DNA of 23,204 nt from Haliotis rubra (Eukaryota): the NCBI RefSeq assembly GCF_003918875.1. It is one part of the record NW_025767631.1 of this genome. The stretch is one strand, 5' to 3'. The notes beneath the pieces are model-generated. The model saw only the letters and a program-made list of their open reading frames with translations, was not told the origin of the DNA and did no database searches. Positions 1-10,841 of the stretch are shown in pieces. A program made the position numbers and the translations under genes. How positions within the stretch are numbered: the stretch's first letter is position 1; each line of letters opens with the position of its first letter.

Positions 1-94
1 TCCATCAATTTTTTGCTGATCTCTTTCTTCTGAGACAAATGAAGCCATCTTGTTTCAAACTGCCGCCCACAGCAGCAGAAAATACTGAACTCAC

Positions 95-197
95 TCATTT
101 CTTCTGACATCTCCATCTTGGTCGACTCCTTCTCAAACTCCTGCATCACCTTCATGGTCTTCTGCGGATCCATCACCTTGTTCATCTGCGTCATCGT
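95..197 (-). CDS. CHMP2B: CHMP2B coding exon 6 (TMTQMNKVMDPQKTMKVMQEFEKESTKMEMSEEM); gene continues beyond the window start
   Basis: 103 nt, ttgtag acceptor, GTGAGT donor. Matches human TMQAVNKKMDPQKTLQTMQNFQKENMKMEMTEEM. Confidence 0.95.
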
Positions 198-441
198 CTA
201 CAACATCACATAACCTCGGTAACAACTCAACACCAAACACTGCTTCTCCAGAATATTCTTTGCCATATTCAGTTGGAAACATGTTTTGATACATGTCAAA
301 GTAAAATATTGTTTGAAAATACCATAGATTACCATAAATCTGTATAAAGTAGAGGAATATGACAGACTTACTGTGACGATCAACTTAAAACCGGCCAGTG
401 TTTGAGATTTTCACTGGAAGTGGGAATCAGCTACGACTTAC

Positions 442-492
442 CTTAGTGGTTGTGCCCATGGCAGTGGCCATTTTCATGTTCGAGTTCATCAA
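442..492 (-). CDS. CHMP2B: CHMP2B coding exon 5 (LMNSNMKMATAMGTTTK)
   Basis: 51 nt, ttacag acceptor, GTAAGT donor. Matches human VMNSQMKMAGAMSTTAK. Confidence 0.95.
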
Positions 493-665
493 CTGTAATA
501 AAACAGAGACATATCACTTTCATGTTTCTCTGATGTCCTTATGTCTTAGTTCCTCCTGCAGGAACCTCATCTCGGAGTACACTGAAGCAGTGGATCAGTA
601 AAGGGAGATAACATATCGAGTATTTACATCATTGCAGCTGAACCATCTCAAATATGTGTAACTGA

Positions 666-1164
666 ACAGATGAGTCCCAGTGCAAGCAGTCGCTGACAGT
701 ATGTCACAGCTAACTTCCTACACTTCACTACAACAACAGATGAGTCACAGTGCAAGCAGTCGCTGACAGTATGTCACAGCTAACATCCTACACTTCACTA
801 CAACAACAGATGAGTCCCAGTGCAAGCAGTCGCTGACAGTATGTCACAGCTAACATCCTACACTTCACTACAACAACAGATGAGTCCCAGTGCAAGCAGT
901 CGCTGACAGTATGTCACAGCTAACTTCCTACACTTCACTACAACAACAGATGAGTCACAGTGCAAGCAGTCGCTGACAGTATGTCACAGCTAACATCCTA
1001 CACTTCACTACAACAACAGATGAGTCACAGTGCAAGCAGTCGCTGACAGTATGTCACAGCTAACATCCTACACTTCACTACAACAACAGATGAGTCACTC
1101 ATCAGTGCAAGCAGTCGCTGACAGTATGTCACAGCTAACATCCTACACTTCACTACAACAACAG
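666..1164. repeat. 70-bp minisatellite, about 7 copies, in CHMP2B intron 4
   Basis: Unit AACAGATGAGTC(C/A)CAGTGCAAGCAGTCGCTGACAGTATGTCACAGCTAAC(T/A)TCCTACACTTCACTACAAC repeated almost perfectly. The last unit has a 5-nt insertion. Confidence 0.97.
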
Positions 1165-1244
1165 CTGTGCTTTACAACCTATTCCACAGCAATGACTGTG
1201 ACCACTGGACACTGAAACTCAACTCAAGAGATATGGATACAAAC

Positions 1245-1346
1245 CTTTTGTTGGTTGCCTATAGACTGAATTTTGGAACCCATGGAATAGGATTTTGTTT
1301 TCTGTTTGCGTAATTGTACCAGTTGCTTTGCCAGGATAGTTGCAGC
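1245..1346 (-). CDS. CHMP2B: CHMP2B coding exon 4 (AATILAKQLVQLRKQKTKSYSMGSKIQSIGNQQK)
   Basis: 102 nt, ccacag acceptor, GTTTGT donor. Carries the LAKQLVxLRKQKT signature of CHMP2B. Confidence 0.95.
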
Positions 1347-1833
1347 CTGTGGAAGAAAGTCATGAACATTACAAACTGTCTGAATGGACATATGGTGACA
1401 GTCTTTCATGTGGCACTGATCATACATATGATAGTCATGTGATAAAAATATGTTTGTTACTGTTCAAAAAGACATATTTTGTGTTTACAAATACTGAAAA
1501 CTGTTGATTTCCAAAACCGATGACAGAAATACCATTTGTTTGTATACTACTGCATAAGTTTATATAGGACATAGTATACATTTTTAGTTTTCAAGTAATA
1601 AAAATCAGAACATTATCAAATACTTGTCACTTGTTGTGTAAAAGTCCCCAACATGAGCTGGTTCTTGCATAATGTTCCACTGTATTGAGTTTAGTGAGTA
1701 TAACATGTCTTCCTCTGCTTCGCTCAGACTCCCGATATACTCAGTTGACACAAGCATCCAATGTCATGTTTCACTAACTGTATGTTCAACACTTGTAAAA
1801 CAAAATGAATCTACTTGAACATGTTCAAGTTAC

Positions 1834-1875
1834 CTGCTTATTGCCTTGTTTTGCAGCTTTTTTTATTTCCAGTTC
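1834..1875 (-). CDS. CHMP2B: CHMP2B coding exon 3 (ELEIKKAAKQGNKQ)
   Basis: 42 nt, tttcag acceptor, GTAACT donor. Matches human ELEIKKMAKIGNKE. Confidence 0.95.
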
Positions 1876-2593
1876 CTGAAACACAAAACATCAGGTCTGT
1901 ATCAGCATACATAGAAAGTCTGGACAGACTCCAACAGTATGAAACATGTATGGTATGAAACATGTCGCAAGGAGACAGGAGTACATGGGGTGTTAGCACT
2001 ACAGCAGTTCTGTATGAAGGTATGGGAGTCGCCGTTTTTATCACAGTTTTAGTACTCTGCAACAACCCCGGGCATGATTTGACAGGAACAAGTTAAATCT
2101 CACAGAATCTTAATTCAACCTTTGCATTCTGTAATCCTGTCTGCAACACCAGGAACTGGCACAGAACTAGAGTCTAGTAAAATTCTGTTGAGTCTAGTAA
2201 GCTGGAGCCATATTTGGACTGGGTAGACTGCTATTTGGTGAGTACTCTCACCATCAGTCTCAAGAGTGTATCAGTCACACAGACCGACCGATTATGTGCT
2301 AGAAAATATATTTCAGATGTAACACTTCCTTTATGTTTGATAGAAAGGAATCCCTCCTAAGTACTGTGAATTTACCATACTAAATAAGAACATGGCCATG
2401 TACATTATGTACCTATGTACATTATGTACACATACACACGGACACCAAACTTTCATGCTACATGTAAAGTACATTACAAATAAACTGAACAACTTGTTTG
2501 CAAACTATACAAGCAAAGAAGAGTGAAACTGTGCATGAAAATCAGAAGATTAATAATGTTAATTCATAATTGTGGCCTAATCTATATAATTAC

Positions 2594-2685
2594 CAGTTTC
2601 TTCTCCTCTCTCTCCAGTGCACCCCTGTCTCTGGCAATGTCTCTCTGTTGTTTCTTCAACACCCGATCATTCTGACGAATTTGCT
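2594..2685 (-). CDS. CHMP2B: CHMP2B coding exon 2 (QQIRQNDRVLKKQQRDIARDRGALEREEKKL)
   Basis: 92 nt with AG/GT boundaries. Matches Snf7/Vps2 helix 1 (human IIRDRAALEKQEKQL). Confidence 0.95.
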
Positions 2686-2838
2686 CTGATGATATTGATA
2701 AAGACATAATAATAATCATATTTTTATTTATAAAATCATCACATACAATATACACCATATTAGCACTTAAATATCTTCAAAATGTTATATTATATACAAT
2801 ATGTTAAATAAATCTTAATGGGCTTAATGCTATATTAT

Positions 2839-3130
2839 TAGGGGTGAAACTGTATGGTCTTACCACAGTACGGGACGTATTGTGGTACAATGCCTTCGGT
2901 TTGGTCCGTTTCAGTTCGGCACATGACAACAATGCAGGAAATTGACAAGAGCCAAACCTTACATTGCTTAATAACATGGGGAAAAAATAACCATAATCTT
3001 TGTTACTTTGAATGAACAAAACTGTCATTTAAATGGCTAACACCGAATTTTTGGATTGCATTACAGTACACCGAGCCAAAGGCCAAATATTGCGGTTCTA
3101 CTAATACCGCGTTATACTGTTTCACCCCTA
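2839..3130. mobile_element. hAT-like MITE, 292 bp
   Basis: TIRs TAGGGGTGAAAC(T/A)GTAT (16/17 identical). Exact 8-bp TSD TATATTAT at 2831-2838 and 3131-3138. Confidence 0.88.
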
Positions 3131-3670
3131 TATATTATACATAATATTATAGATATTATTAAGTGTTATATAATAAATATTATCATATATATGTTATATG
3201 TATGTCTACGCAAACTATGTGCGCAACTTGACTCAAGTTTTTAGTACTTCGTTATCTTAGTGCAGCTTACTTTTTTAGCCCTTGGATATCTGTTACTATC
3301 TCCTTTAGGGTTAGTTTAAGAAATGTGATATGGGTTACCACACTCATTCGCTCAACTCCCAGAATTCTGTAGCTCCGTTCTTTTCAAACACATATATACT
3401 TTATATTTGTGATAACTTAACTTTCATTTTCAAAATCGTCGGTTAGTTTTACTAACAAGTCGTCCCAAATATTCCGATTTTAATTGTTATTTTTTTATTT
3501 TGATGCTCTCCCATCTTTTCGAATTTTATAGTTCACGCTTCCCTATAATAGGAAGTGCGGCACTAAAGCATGGTTGGTAGGTATCCGGTATTTTGTAGGT
3601 GTACCAAACATTCCTATCAACATCACTGCTGGTGACACCAGAAACAGGTTTCTCACACTACATCCCTTAA

Positions 3671-4813
3671 AGGTCACATGCAACGTAAAACACAACTTTG
3701 CAGACTTTGATACCTTTCGGTATCGACTTACAGTAACAACTGATCAAAAATGCAAATTCAACTTATGGGGTTGAAAAATAGGTTCGCGGTGAATAGGTTC
3801 GAACCGTGCAGCTTGAAGCGGGGATTCCCCGATTATAAGGTCGTGAGCAGGAGTAGTCTAATCTTGGTTGTGTACACAAACAACAATAGCAAATAATCTA
3901 CTCACATAAAAGAACCATGTTAAGGATCTAGATCTCCTCAGCTATGTGTCAACCAGTAAAGCGTTCGACATTTCAAGACGGAAACCCTTCGCTGGCGGTG
4001 AGTACTCAGAGTAGGCTTTGATATGAGCTATTTTTCTAATGTTTTGACTTTTGTTGATATTTCACAGGTGCGAGCTTTTTATAAGTTATGACAGTAGATT
4101 ACCGATTTAACTGTGTATATGATTTAATTTTACTATTTCACCACACGTTCTTACGGAGTCACTTCCTCAGTTCGATACTTAAAAGCAACGTCATTATTTA
4201 ACATTGTCAGAATTTCTAACTGTGATATAGATGTGTCTTTGTCACAGACAAAACTCAATGTCTGATTTATTGACACCTGTGTGTCTGCCTGCTAATGACA
4301 ATATGCAATACACAACTTCGATCAGTGACCTCATGCAATTTGAACTTAACATCTATGAGGCTATACACCATAAACAAAACGCATTGATTTACGGCCCGAG
4401 TTATGTGTCTGTCACATTATGTAATTACACAGACAGGCAGGTGTGATACTTGTACACATGACATGTTATGATGTCTGTTGATTGCCAAATGTTATGCACA
4501 AAAAATGAGCATGTATTTACAAAACCCAACATCTCTATACACACACAAAAAGGCCTAAGCATATCGGCAAATGAACCAGCCAATGAAATGCTTCATGACA
4601 CTTAAGTGCATGCCCACCCGCTCTGATTGGGTTCGGTATCCCAGGTGCTTTGTTTCGAGGCAAGTAAACCTAAGTACAAAATATCGCACTTTCGATTTGC
4701 GATTGTACGCTTATAATTTTGTTTGTTTTTTCATAATCAGTAATGTATAATATATGTCATGAATAAGTGATAATTGTGTTTTAATTATGTTTTTTTTTTG
4801 TTGTATGTGACCT
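3671..4813. mobile_element. Non-autonomous TTAA-targeting DNA transposon (Kolobok-like), 1143 bp
   Basis: TIRs AGGTCACAT(G/A)CAAC, flanked by TTAA at 3667-3670 and 4814-4817. Purine (AGG) termini fit Kolobok rather than piggyBac (CCY). No transposase ORF. Confidence 0.82.
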
Positions 4814-4870
4814 TTAACAAGAACGTTTTAACATCAAAACAAGACATAAACATGTTTGGGGAAGATTTAA

Positions 4871-5013
4871 GCCTGTAACCCCGCTTTTTTTATAAGTAAT
4901 AGTGAGTTAGTATCCGCTCTGATACATACTAACACTAACCTAACCCTTTATAATTTTTTATTTTCACAAAAACATCAATTTACACTTTGACATTTTAAGC
5001 GAGGGTTACGGGC
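4871..5013. mobile_element. Small decayed foldback/MITE-like element
   Basis: Imperfect inverted ends GCCTGTAACCCCGCTT / AAGCGAGGGTTACGGGC, with an internal CTAACCTAACCC tract. No clear TSD. Confidence 0.4.
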
Positions 5014-5544
5014 GGAACTCGTACACATGTTTTTTCATGAGCCTGTAAGACTGTGTTTTGTTCTGACGCAATTGTACCATCGTGTTTATCAATATCCTCC
5101 TGATCATATCCATTCAGTCATATGCTGACTGATATAATGTTCATGCAGTAAAGACGTTTCACGTTAGGTTGTTTATCTTGAATTAACAAATGAACATGCT
5201 AAACGTTCACATTTTCAAACCGTCAGTAATCATGACATCAGCGTGACAACGACATACGACTGTTTGTATTAAAATTTCGCAATATATGAATCCTAGGCAT
5301 AAAATGTCAAACGTAGGTATTCTGTAGGATTCCATAACCTTGGAATTTATGATACGATTTATGGTGATATACCCAGTAGCAACGAAATGGAACAAGCGGA
5401 TGAACGTAATGATACTTAGAGTTTACCACTAAGAGTCATTCAGAATTAGAACATTAGGTTGTTTTCAGGATAACGGCCACAATACCTTGTCATTCACTAA
5501 AATTTGAAAAGACTGAAAAACGTCTGATCAAGTAGGTAACTTAC

Positions 5545-5578
5545 GTTCCACGGTAGGCTTTTTCTTAAAGAAATCCAT
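5545..5578 (-). CDS. CHMP2B: CHMP2B coding exon 1 (MDFFKKKPTVE, 34 nt, phase 1)
   Basis: ATG in gccATGG context, followed by a GTAAGT donor. Resembles the CHMP2B N-terminus (human MASLFKKKTVD) and joins exon 2 in frame. Confidence 0.9.
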
Positions 5579-5689
5579 GGCGACTCTGAGTGTATGGGTT
5601 GTTCTCGATAACTATCACAATTACTAATTCGCAACACCTGTTAGTCAACTAAACTGAGCTACCAAACTTCATGTGATTGTGACGACAAT

Positions 5690-5740
5690 AACCCGGAAGT
5701 GTCCCAATAACGTTAGACAGCGCCACCTCTAGGGGGAGTA
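5690..5740. promoter_or_regulatory. Putative CHMP2B proximal promoter: ETS/GABP motif CCGGAAGTG and CTCF-like AGCGCCACCTCTAGG
   Basis: Motifs lie 115-160 bp upstream of the CHMP2B ATG. Motif match only. Confidence 0.45.
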
Positions 5741-6209
5741 ACTCCTTCTCTCTCTCCTGTGTCAGTATTGGGAAGAAGACTGCAGGTATATGACAAGACG
5801 CTTGGTGTTAACTATTTTCTTTCTTATATTTCATTTGTTAATACACTATTATGTTTTAAACTAACAAAAAAGTTTTAATGACCGAAGTGTCTAACTTTGT
5901 GGTTGGTTGTTGTAATACGCCACACTCAGCAATATTATCCGATATATAACAACCGCATCAGATTTTATATCCCTGTTTTTAACCTGACTTGCTTGACAAC
6001 GATACAAAAATATGTAAGGAAACGTCGCATCACCCGAATATAGCTTTTTTTCATCCATAAAGTCTGTCCATATCTGATTCACCAAATTCTAAATATGCCA
6101 CACAAATAAAATATTCCTGCTATATTGGATACGATGACATGTGTCAACCAAGTCAGCGAGCCTAGCCAACTTTGTGACAGTAACACCTGATTCAAGTCAT
6201 TCTTATGTT

Positions 6210-6271
6210 CTCTGTTGTTTATCCTCTGTTGTTTATCCTCTGTTGTTTATCTTCTGTTGTTTATCCCTGTT
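6210..6271. repeat. 14-bp tandem repeat (CTCTGTTGTTTATC), about 4 copies
   Basis: Direct reading. Confidence 0.85.
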
Positions 6272-6577
6272 CTTCTCTGCTGCTTTTGCTTGCAGTGTAA
6301 TCTGTGTTATGGATTCAAAATCTGCAAAATTTGACAACAAATGATCTTGCTGTATATGTTTCTTGTTTCCTGAATACATAAGAAAACAGAAACGATAAAT
6401 TAATTGTTTTGTTTAAAAACAGGTCTTTGTTTTGGTTTTATCTTCTGATGTAGATATTAACAAATCTAGATTTTTAATTTGGAGCCGGAAGTGACGCAGG
6501 TATCAGGTGTTGACCACTGTACATAGTACTTCAGTGAAACCACTGAGCATGGGTTATTGTGCCCAATCAGGGACAAT

Positions 6578-7062
6578 CACTGTTTGGGCAATGATTTTAA
6601 AAATAAAAATCTAGACTTTTGCAATCGTGTATTGCTTTTTATATGTTATGAATAAAATATGTTCCAAATTTGAACGAAATCGGTGAAGAAATGAATATTT
6701 TAGAAAATTATACCGTTACACTCGTTACATAAAATACACAGTGTATACACTCGTTACATAAAATACACAGTGTATACACTCGTTACATAAAATACACAGT
6801 GTATACTAGACCAACAGCTAGTCTCTGAAATGAACATATTTTACAGAAAATAAAAGTTTTAAATTAAAATTGTAAATACAATAAAAGGAGCCCAGGGACT
6901 TTCTTCGTTTTCAGAAGCTGTGGAAATCTAGACCTGCCACATTTTCTAGACTTGCGTGGGCTTTCTTGGATATATTTGCTTCAGGGTCTGTACGACAGAC
7001 TAAGTGTATACACGATTGCAAAAGTCTGGATTTTTAAATTTAAAATTATTGTCCGAACAGTG
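6578..7062. mobile_element. Non-autonomous DNA transposon with CACTG termini (CMC/EnSpm-like), inserted in a SINE remnant
   Basis: ~55-bp TIRs CACTGTT(T/C)GG(G/A)CAAT(G/A)ATTTTAAA..AAAAATC(T/C)AGACTTTTGCAATCGTGTAT. AT dinucleotide on both flanks (possible 2-bp TSD). The flanks rejoin into a tRNA B-box-like ..GGGAC(A)AT|TCGAACCC. Confidence 0.75.
6719..6806. repeat. 29-bp tandem repeat, 3 copies (CACTCGTTACATAAAATACACAGTGTATA), inside the CACTG element
   Basis: Three exact copies. Confidence 0.95.
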
Positions 7063-8458
7063 ATTCGAACCCCTGTGATTCGAACCCACGGTCAAAGTTC
7101 CTGGTGAACCAAAGGGGCTCAACTTGACTCAGCGACTTGCGTGACTCTCTTTCCCATACTGGAAAATGTTTTTTTAGATACTGTATATCGAGTGCAAAAC
7201 CACGCCGTGATAACGTCTTGAATACTGATTAAAGTGGCGTAAAATCTTACCAACTCGCCATTACTTGTTTTTACAAAGGTCAGTTTGTAATTATTCTATA
7301 ATTACTATTCAGGTCAGTACGTTATTACACAAGTGTGATTACATAAGTCAGTCTAGCAGATTTAGGTTCCATATTTATATTGACAATTGAAGTATTTTCA
7401 ATTTGCGTATTTACAACCTCTAGAGACTAGTAAGGAACACACAGCCATGAAGCATGATCCCCTTGTCTTTCATGCAGACCTTAATCAAATTTTTCCAATA
7501 CAATCCAAATGTATTTTGCGAAAATGTATTTTATATCACTAATACCTTATAAAGTTGTATGTATTTTAATGTTTGTCTAGTCTCTCCTAACTCCAAAAGG
7601 AGTGGTTTGTGTACATCTTATAATGTTATATATGCTATGTGAATGTATGTCTTGTATTATATTTTAATGTATATACAAAGTGAGACTTGAATAAACAATC
7701 TGCCTGTCTGTCATCCATGCATGCTAGTCCGGTATATGGCCTCTGATTAACGTGACTTATAGTTTGTCAAGCGATTATTCTGGTGATCATTCTTCAGCGC
7801 ACACACTCACACATACGCACGCGTGCAAAGTCACGTTATGGAATGAACGTACATAGAACTTAACCTATTTTACACATTCTGACAGTAAAGCATCACAAGC
7901 AGTTTGCATCTTAATAAAACAACATTCCTGTGAATTGTGAAGGCGCCCACAGTAGACAAAGGGAGGTAACTGTGCCTAGTATCTTAGAATACTGAATGTT
8001 GCCCTTAACGCCGCCCTTGATTGGCTGGTATGTTAAGTTCTTATGGATACCAAGTAGCTGCAGTTAATAAAGATTTTGTGTGTTTATTTTGTATCCATGT
8101 ACAAGATGGCTGCCACTGATTCCAGGCTGTATATTTCTGACGTCTCTAAACTGGTTCAGCTATGGTGGAATGGTCAGCGAATCATAGCTTAATATAATAT
8201 AGACTACTTTCCCATCAGACCTGTTGGGCATATTTATATAGATACTGAGCATATCAATATTATATTCCAATAACATTTTACGTGTTTCTGGTATCAGAGA
8301 AGTCAATCATTAAAGATGATTGTCAGATTAGGAGGTTGTAAATGATGTTGTTCTATATTGTAGGAGCATTTGTGTGTAACATATTTTATTCATGTTTCAT
8401 AAGTGGAAAGAAATACCAGTTAGACCTCTAACATTACTGCGTTGATGTCCCCAAAATA

Positions 8459-8595
8459 TTATTACATTACATTACATTACATTACATTACAATGTCGGGC
8501 TTTCCTGCGACACTAACTTGGCCCGCAGTAAATATATCTAAATAAATGTTCTAAGTGGCTATAAACCACCTCACCTCACCTCACCTCACCTCACC
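8459..8595. repeat. (ATTAC)n and (CACCT)n pentanucleotide microsatellites
   Basis: About 6 copies each, at 8459-8491 and 8566-8595. Confidence 0.9.
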
Positions 8596-8989
8596 ATACC
8601 CTGAATCTCTGACTGACAGAGGTGATGCTACACAATCAATGTGTTACCAGTATCATGAACCCATGCCTACGAGACTCAATGCTTTCTAGGGATCTCATCC
8701 AAACCAGAGCCTGTACTCCGATATGTCTCTTCACGGCTACGATAGCTGTCTTCCTGAAGGTATCATGTCGAGGAAAACGATCTGATTTAACGACATTAGC
8801 AAGGACAGTTCGTCAGTAACCGTAAGAAGAAATGCAGAAAGCACACTTTAATTAATAATTTATTAAGTCAACAATCCATAAATGCCATTGCACAGGTGGC
8901 GGTAAACAATATCACAGATACTTCACAACACATAAACAACATGGATGAAATACCTCCCCTCTCAACAGCCCCGGGGTGGGGGGCCAGGG

Positions 8990-9249
8990 TAACATGACGT
9001 CACAGTCTTTCACGGAAAACATGAAAGGTGTTTTAATTATTCTTAAATAGATCTATACTATGACTTACATACTGTATATATGTAACTTCGCATCACTATT
9101 GTCACTGGACGCGTTAATGATATTCTGGTTATTACTAAATATTGCCATTTCGAATATGTTAAAAGAATGTGGCTTACAGAATTTATGTACAATTTGTTTA
9201 CAAGTACAATCAAACCTGGGCTTCGACCTGAGAAGTATTAGGCCACCTG
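8990..9249. repeat. Left arm of ~260-bp inverted duplication (partner 10842-11111)
   Basis: Reverse-complement alignment by eye: 62/71 identities over the outer 71 nt. The inner end is a decayed tRNA-SINE head. Confidence 0.9.
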
Positions 9250-9528
9250 ATACCAGTGTACATAATGAAAAATACAAATACTGTGTAGCAATATCAATCG
9301 GAAGTGGCCCCTTTCACTCGAGTATTAATCCATCTTGTTGGTTGGTTTGGTATCAAACAGATGAGGCCTGTATCACGATGCCATCCATGGTGTACCAACT
9401 TCCTTCTTCAGTATCTATAGATACTCGTGAATCAACCGTCCGACTCCCTGGAATGTCCGTATAGCAGGTGTGTGTGGACCATGTCAGGCTTGGAGAACTG
9501 GATATCGTTCTGAGTATTTGAACAGATC

Positions 9529-9685
9529 AGTGAGTGAGTATTGTTTTACGCCACTGTTACCATTATTCCAGGAATGTGACGGTTAGCGATGCAAGAAATG
9601 GGCTTCACGAACTGTACTCACGTGGGGAATCAAACCCAGACCTTCGATGTGGCAGATGGACACTATACCCACAAGGCTACATCAC
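9529..9685 (-). mobile_element. tRNA-derived SINE (family A) in the Rho paralogue 1 3' UTR
   Basis: Degenerate A-box GTAGCCTTGTGG and B-box GGGTTTGATTCCCC, with a ...GGCGTAAAAC..ACTCACTCAC tail. Similar to copies at 12127, 22097 and 23055. Confidence 0.75.
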
Positions 9686-9765
9686 GGCTTCGTGATGAAA
9701 ACTGCACTTATTTTTATTACACAACGTCTGGAAACGTGTTCACTGGAGTCCCTACATCACTTCAG

Positions 9766-10218
9766 TCATTTAACAGCAAAGAAGGGACATGTCACGGAGC
9801 CAGTTTTAGTCCTCTTCTTCTTCTTCTTCTTCATGGCTTCAGCCACAGCTCTGGTGAACACTTCCGTCACACCGTCGTTCAGTTTCGCTGAGCACTCCAT
9901 GTAGGCCACTGCTCCGATCCTGTAGGCCATCTCCTCACCCTGCTGGACAGTGGTGAACCCGGACTTGGACTTGGGGGAGTCCTTGGAGTCCGTGCTGGGC
10001 GTCTCGCCTCTCAGGTCCTGCTTTGTTCCCACAAGGATCACCGGTACGTTGCCGCAGAAGTGTCGGATCTCAGGAGCCCAGTTGTAGGAGACGTTCTCGA
10101 GGCTGTCGGAGTTGTTGACGGAGAAGCAGATGAGGACGATGTCGGTGTCGGGGTAGGAGAAGGGACGCAGTCGGTCGTAGTCTTCCTGTCCAGCGGTATC
10201 GTACAGCACCAGCTCCAC
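9766..10218 (-). CDS. Rho GTPase paralogue 1 (RhoA-related, CAAX-less), exon 3
   Basis: [26 protein letters not shown] (G3/switch II), VGTKQDLR (G4), YMECSAK (G5), polybasic tail KKKKKKRTK..CPFFAVK*. ttttaag acceptor. Confidence 0.96.
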   Translation of the reverse strand: MELVLYDTAGQEDYDRLRPFSYPDTDIVLICFSVNNSDSLENVSYNWAPEIRHFCGNVPVILVGTKQDLRGETPSTDSKDSPKSKSGFTTVQQGEEMAYRIGAVAYMECSAKLNDGVTEVFTRAVAEAMKKKKKKRTKTGSVTCPFFAVK

Positions 10219-10440
10219 CTTAAAACAACAAGGACGTGTTAGGATAGACCAGCATATATTTAGGTAAACAGTAAATACGCTTTAATGCATGGTAAACTTG
10301 GCTAGAACAAATTAATTATCTGTTCATCAAAGGACTCTTTTCTCAACACTTATTGTGGACGAAGACTGTCTTTCGTCATATTGACACACAATGAGATAAT
10401 TCAGATACAATTGCAGCTGATAAGGAGTTGATCTGCTCAC

Positions 10441-10616
10441 CTCTGAGTTGCAGTGCTGGACTGTTGTGACATCTACCTCGAACACAGTAGGGATGTAGAT
10501 GTGCTCGTTGAACTCGTCTTTAGCAAAGCGGTAGAGGAGGCATGTCTTGCCGCACTCCCCGTCCCCCACCACCACCAGCTTCTTACGGGGCTGACTCACC
10601 ACCCCTTCCAAGGACA
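10441..10616 (-). CDS. Rho GTPase paralogue 1, exon 2
   Basis: [15 protein letters not shown] (G1) and YIPTVFE (G2). ttccag acceptor (phase 1) and GTGAGC donor, at the same position as the RhoA DGKQ/VEL intron. Confidence 0.95.
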
Positions 10617-10627
10617 CTGGAAGACGA

Positions 10628-10757
10628 NNNNNNNNNNNNNNNNNNNNNNNNNNNNNNNNNNNNNNNNNNNNNNNNNNNNNNNNNNNNNNNNNNNNNNNNN
10701 NNNNNNNNNNNNNNNNNNNNNNNNNNNNNNNNNNNNNNNNNNNNNNNNNNNNNNNNN
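10628..10757. other. Assembly gap (130 N) in Rho paralogue 1 intron 1
   Basis: Run of N starting 11 nt from the exon 2 acceptor. Confidence 1.
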
Positions 10758-10841
10758 CACCACAATTTCTAACTAACTAAGTAACTAACTAACAACATAG
10801 TTAGATAGTATCTTGTATTTTTCATTAAATTCACTGATATT

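Noticed and set aside
1030-1215. ORF with repeated QAVADSMSQLTSY
   Set aside because: Translation of the 70-bp intronic minisatellite.
8005-8120. CCAAT/GC-box and AAGATGGCTGCC (YY1-like) cluster suggesting another promoter
   Set aside because: No downstream exon or ORF can be supported.
9757-9768. TGA-C readthrough context at the paralogue 1 stop
   Set aside because: Readthrough adds only X-L-K before another TGA and would not create a CAAX box.
9589-10776. Plus-strand ORFs overlapping Rho paralogue 1 (and minus-strand ORFs over paralogue 2)
   Set aside because: Antisense shadows of GC-rich coding exons, or artefacts of the N gap.
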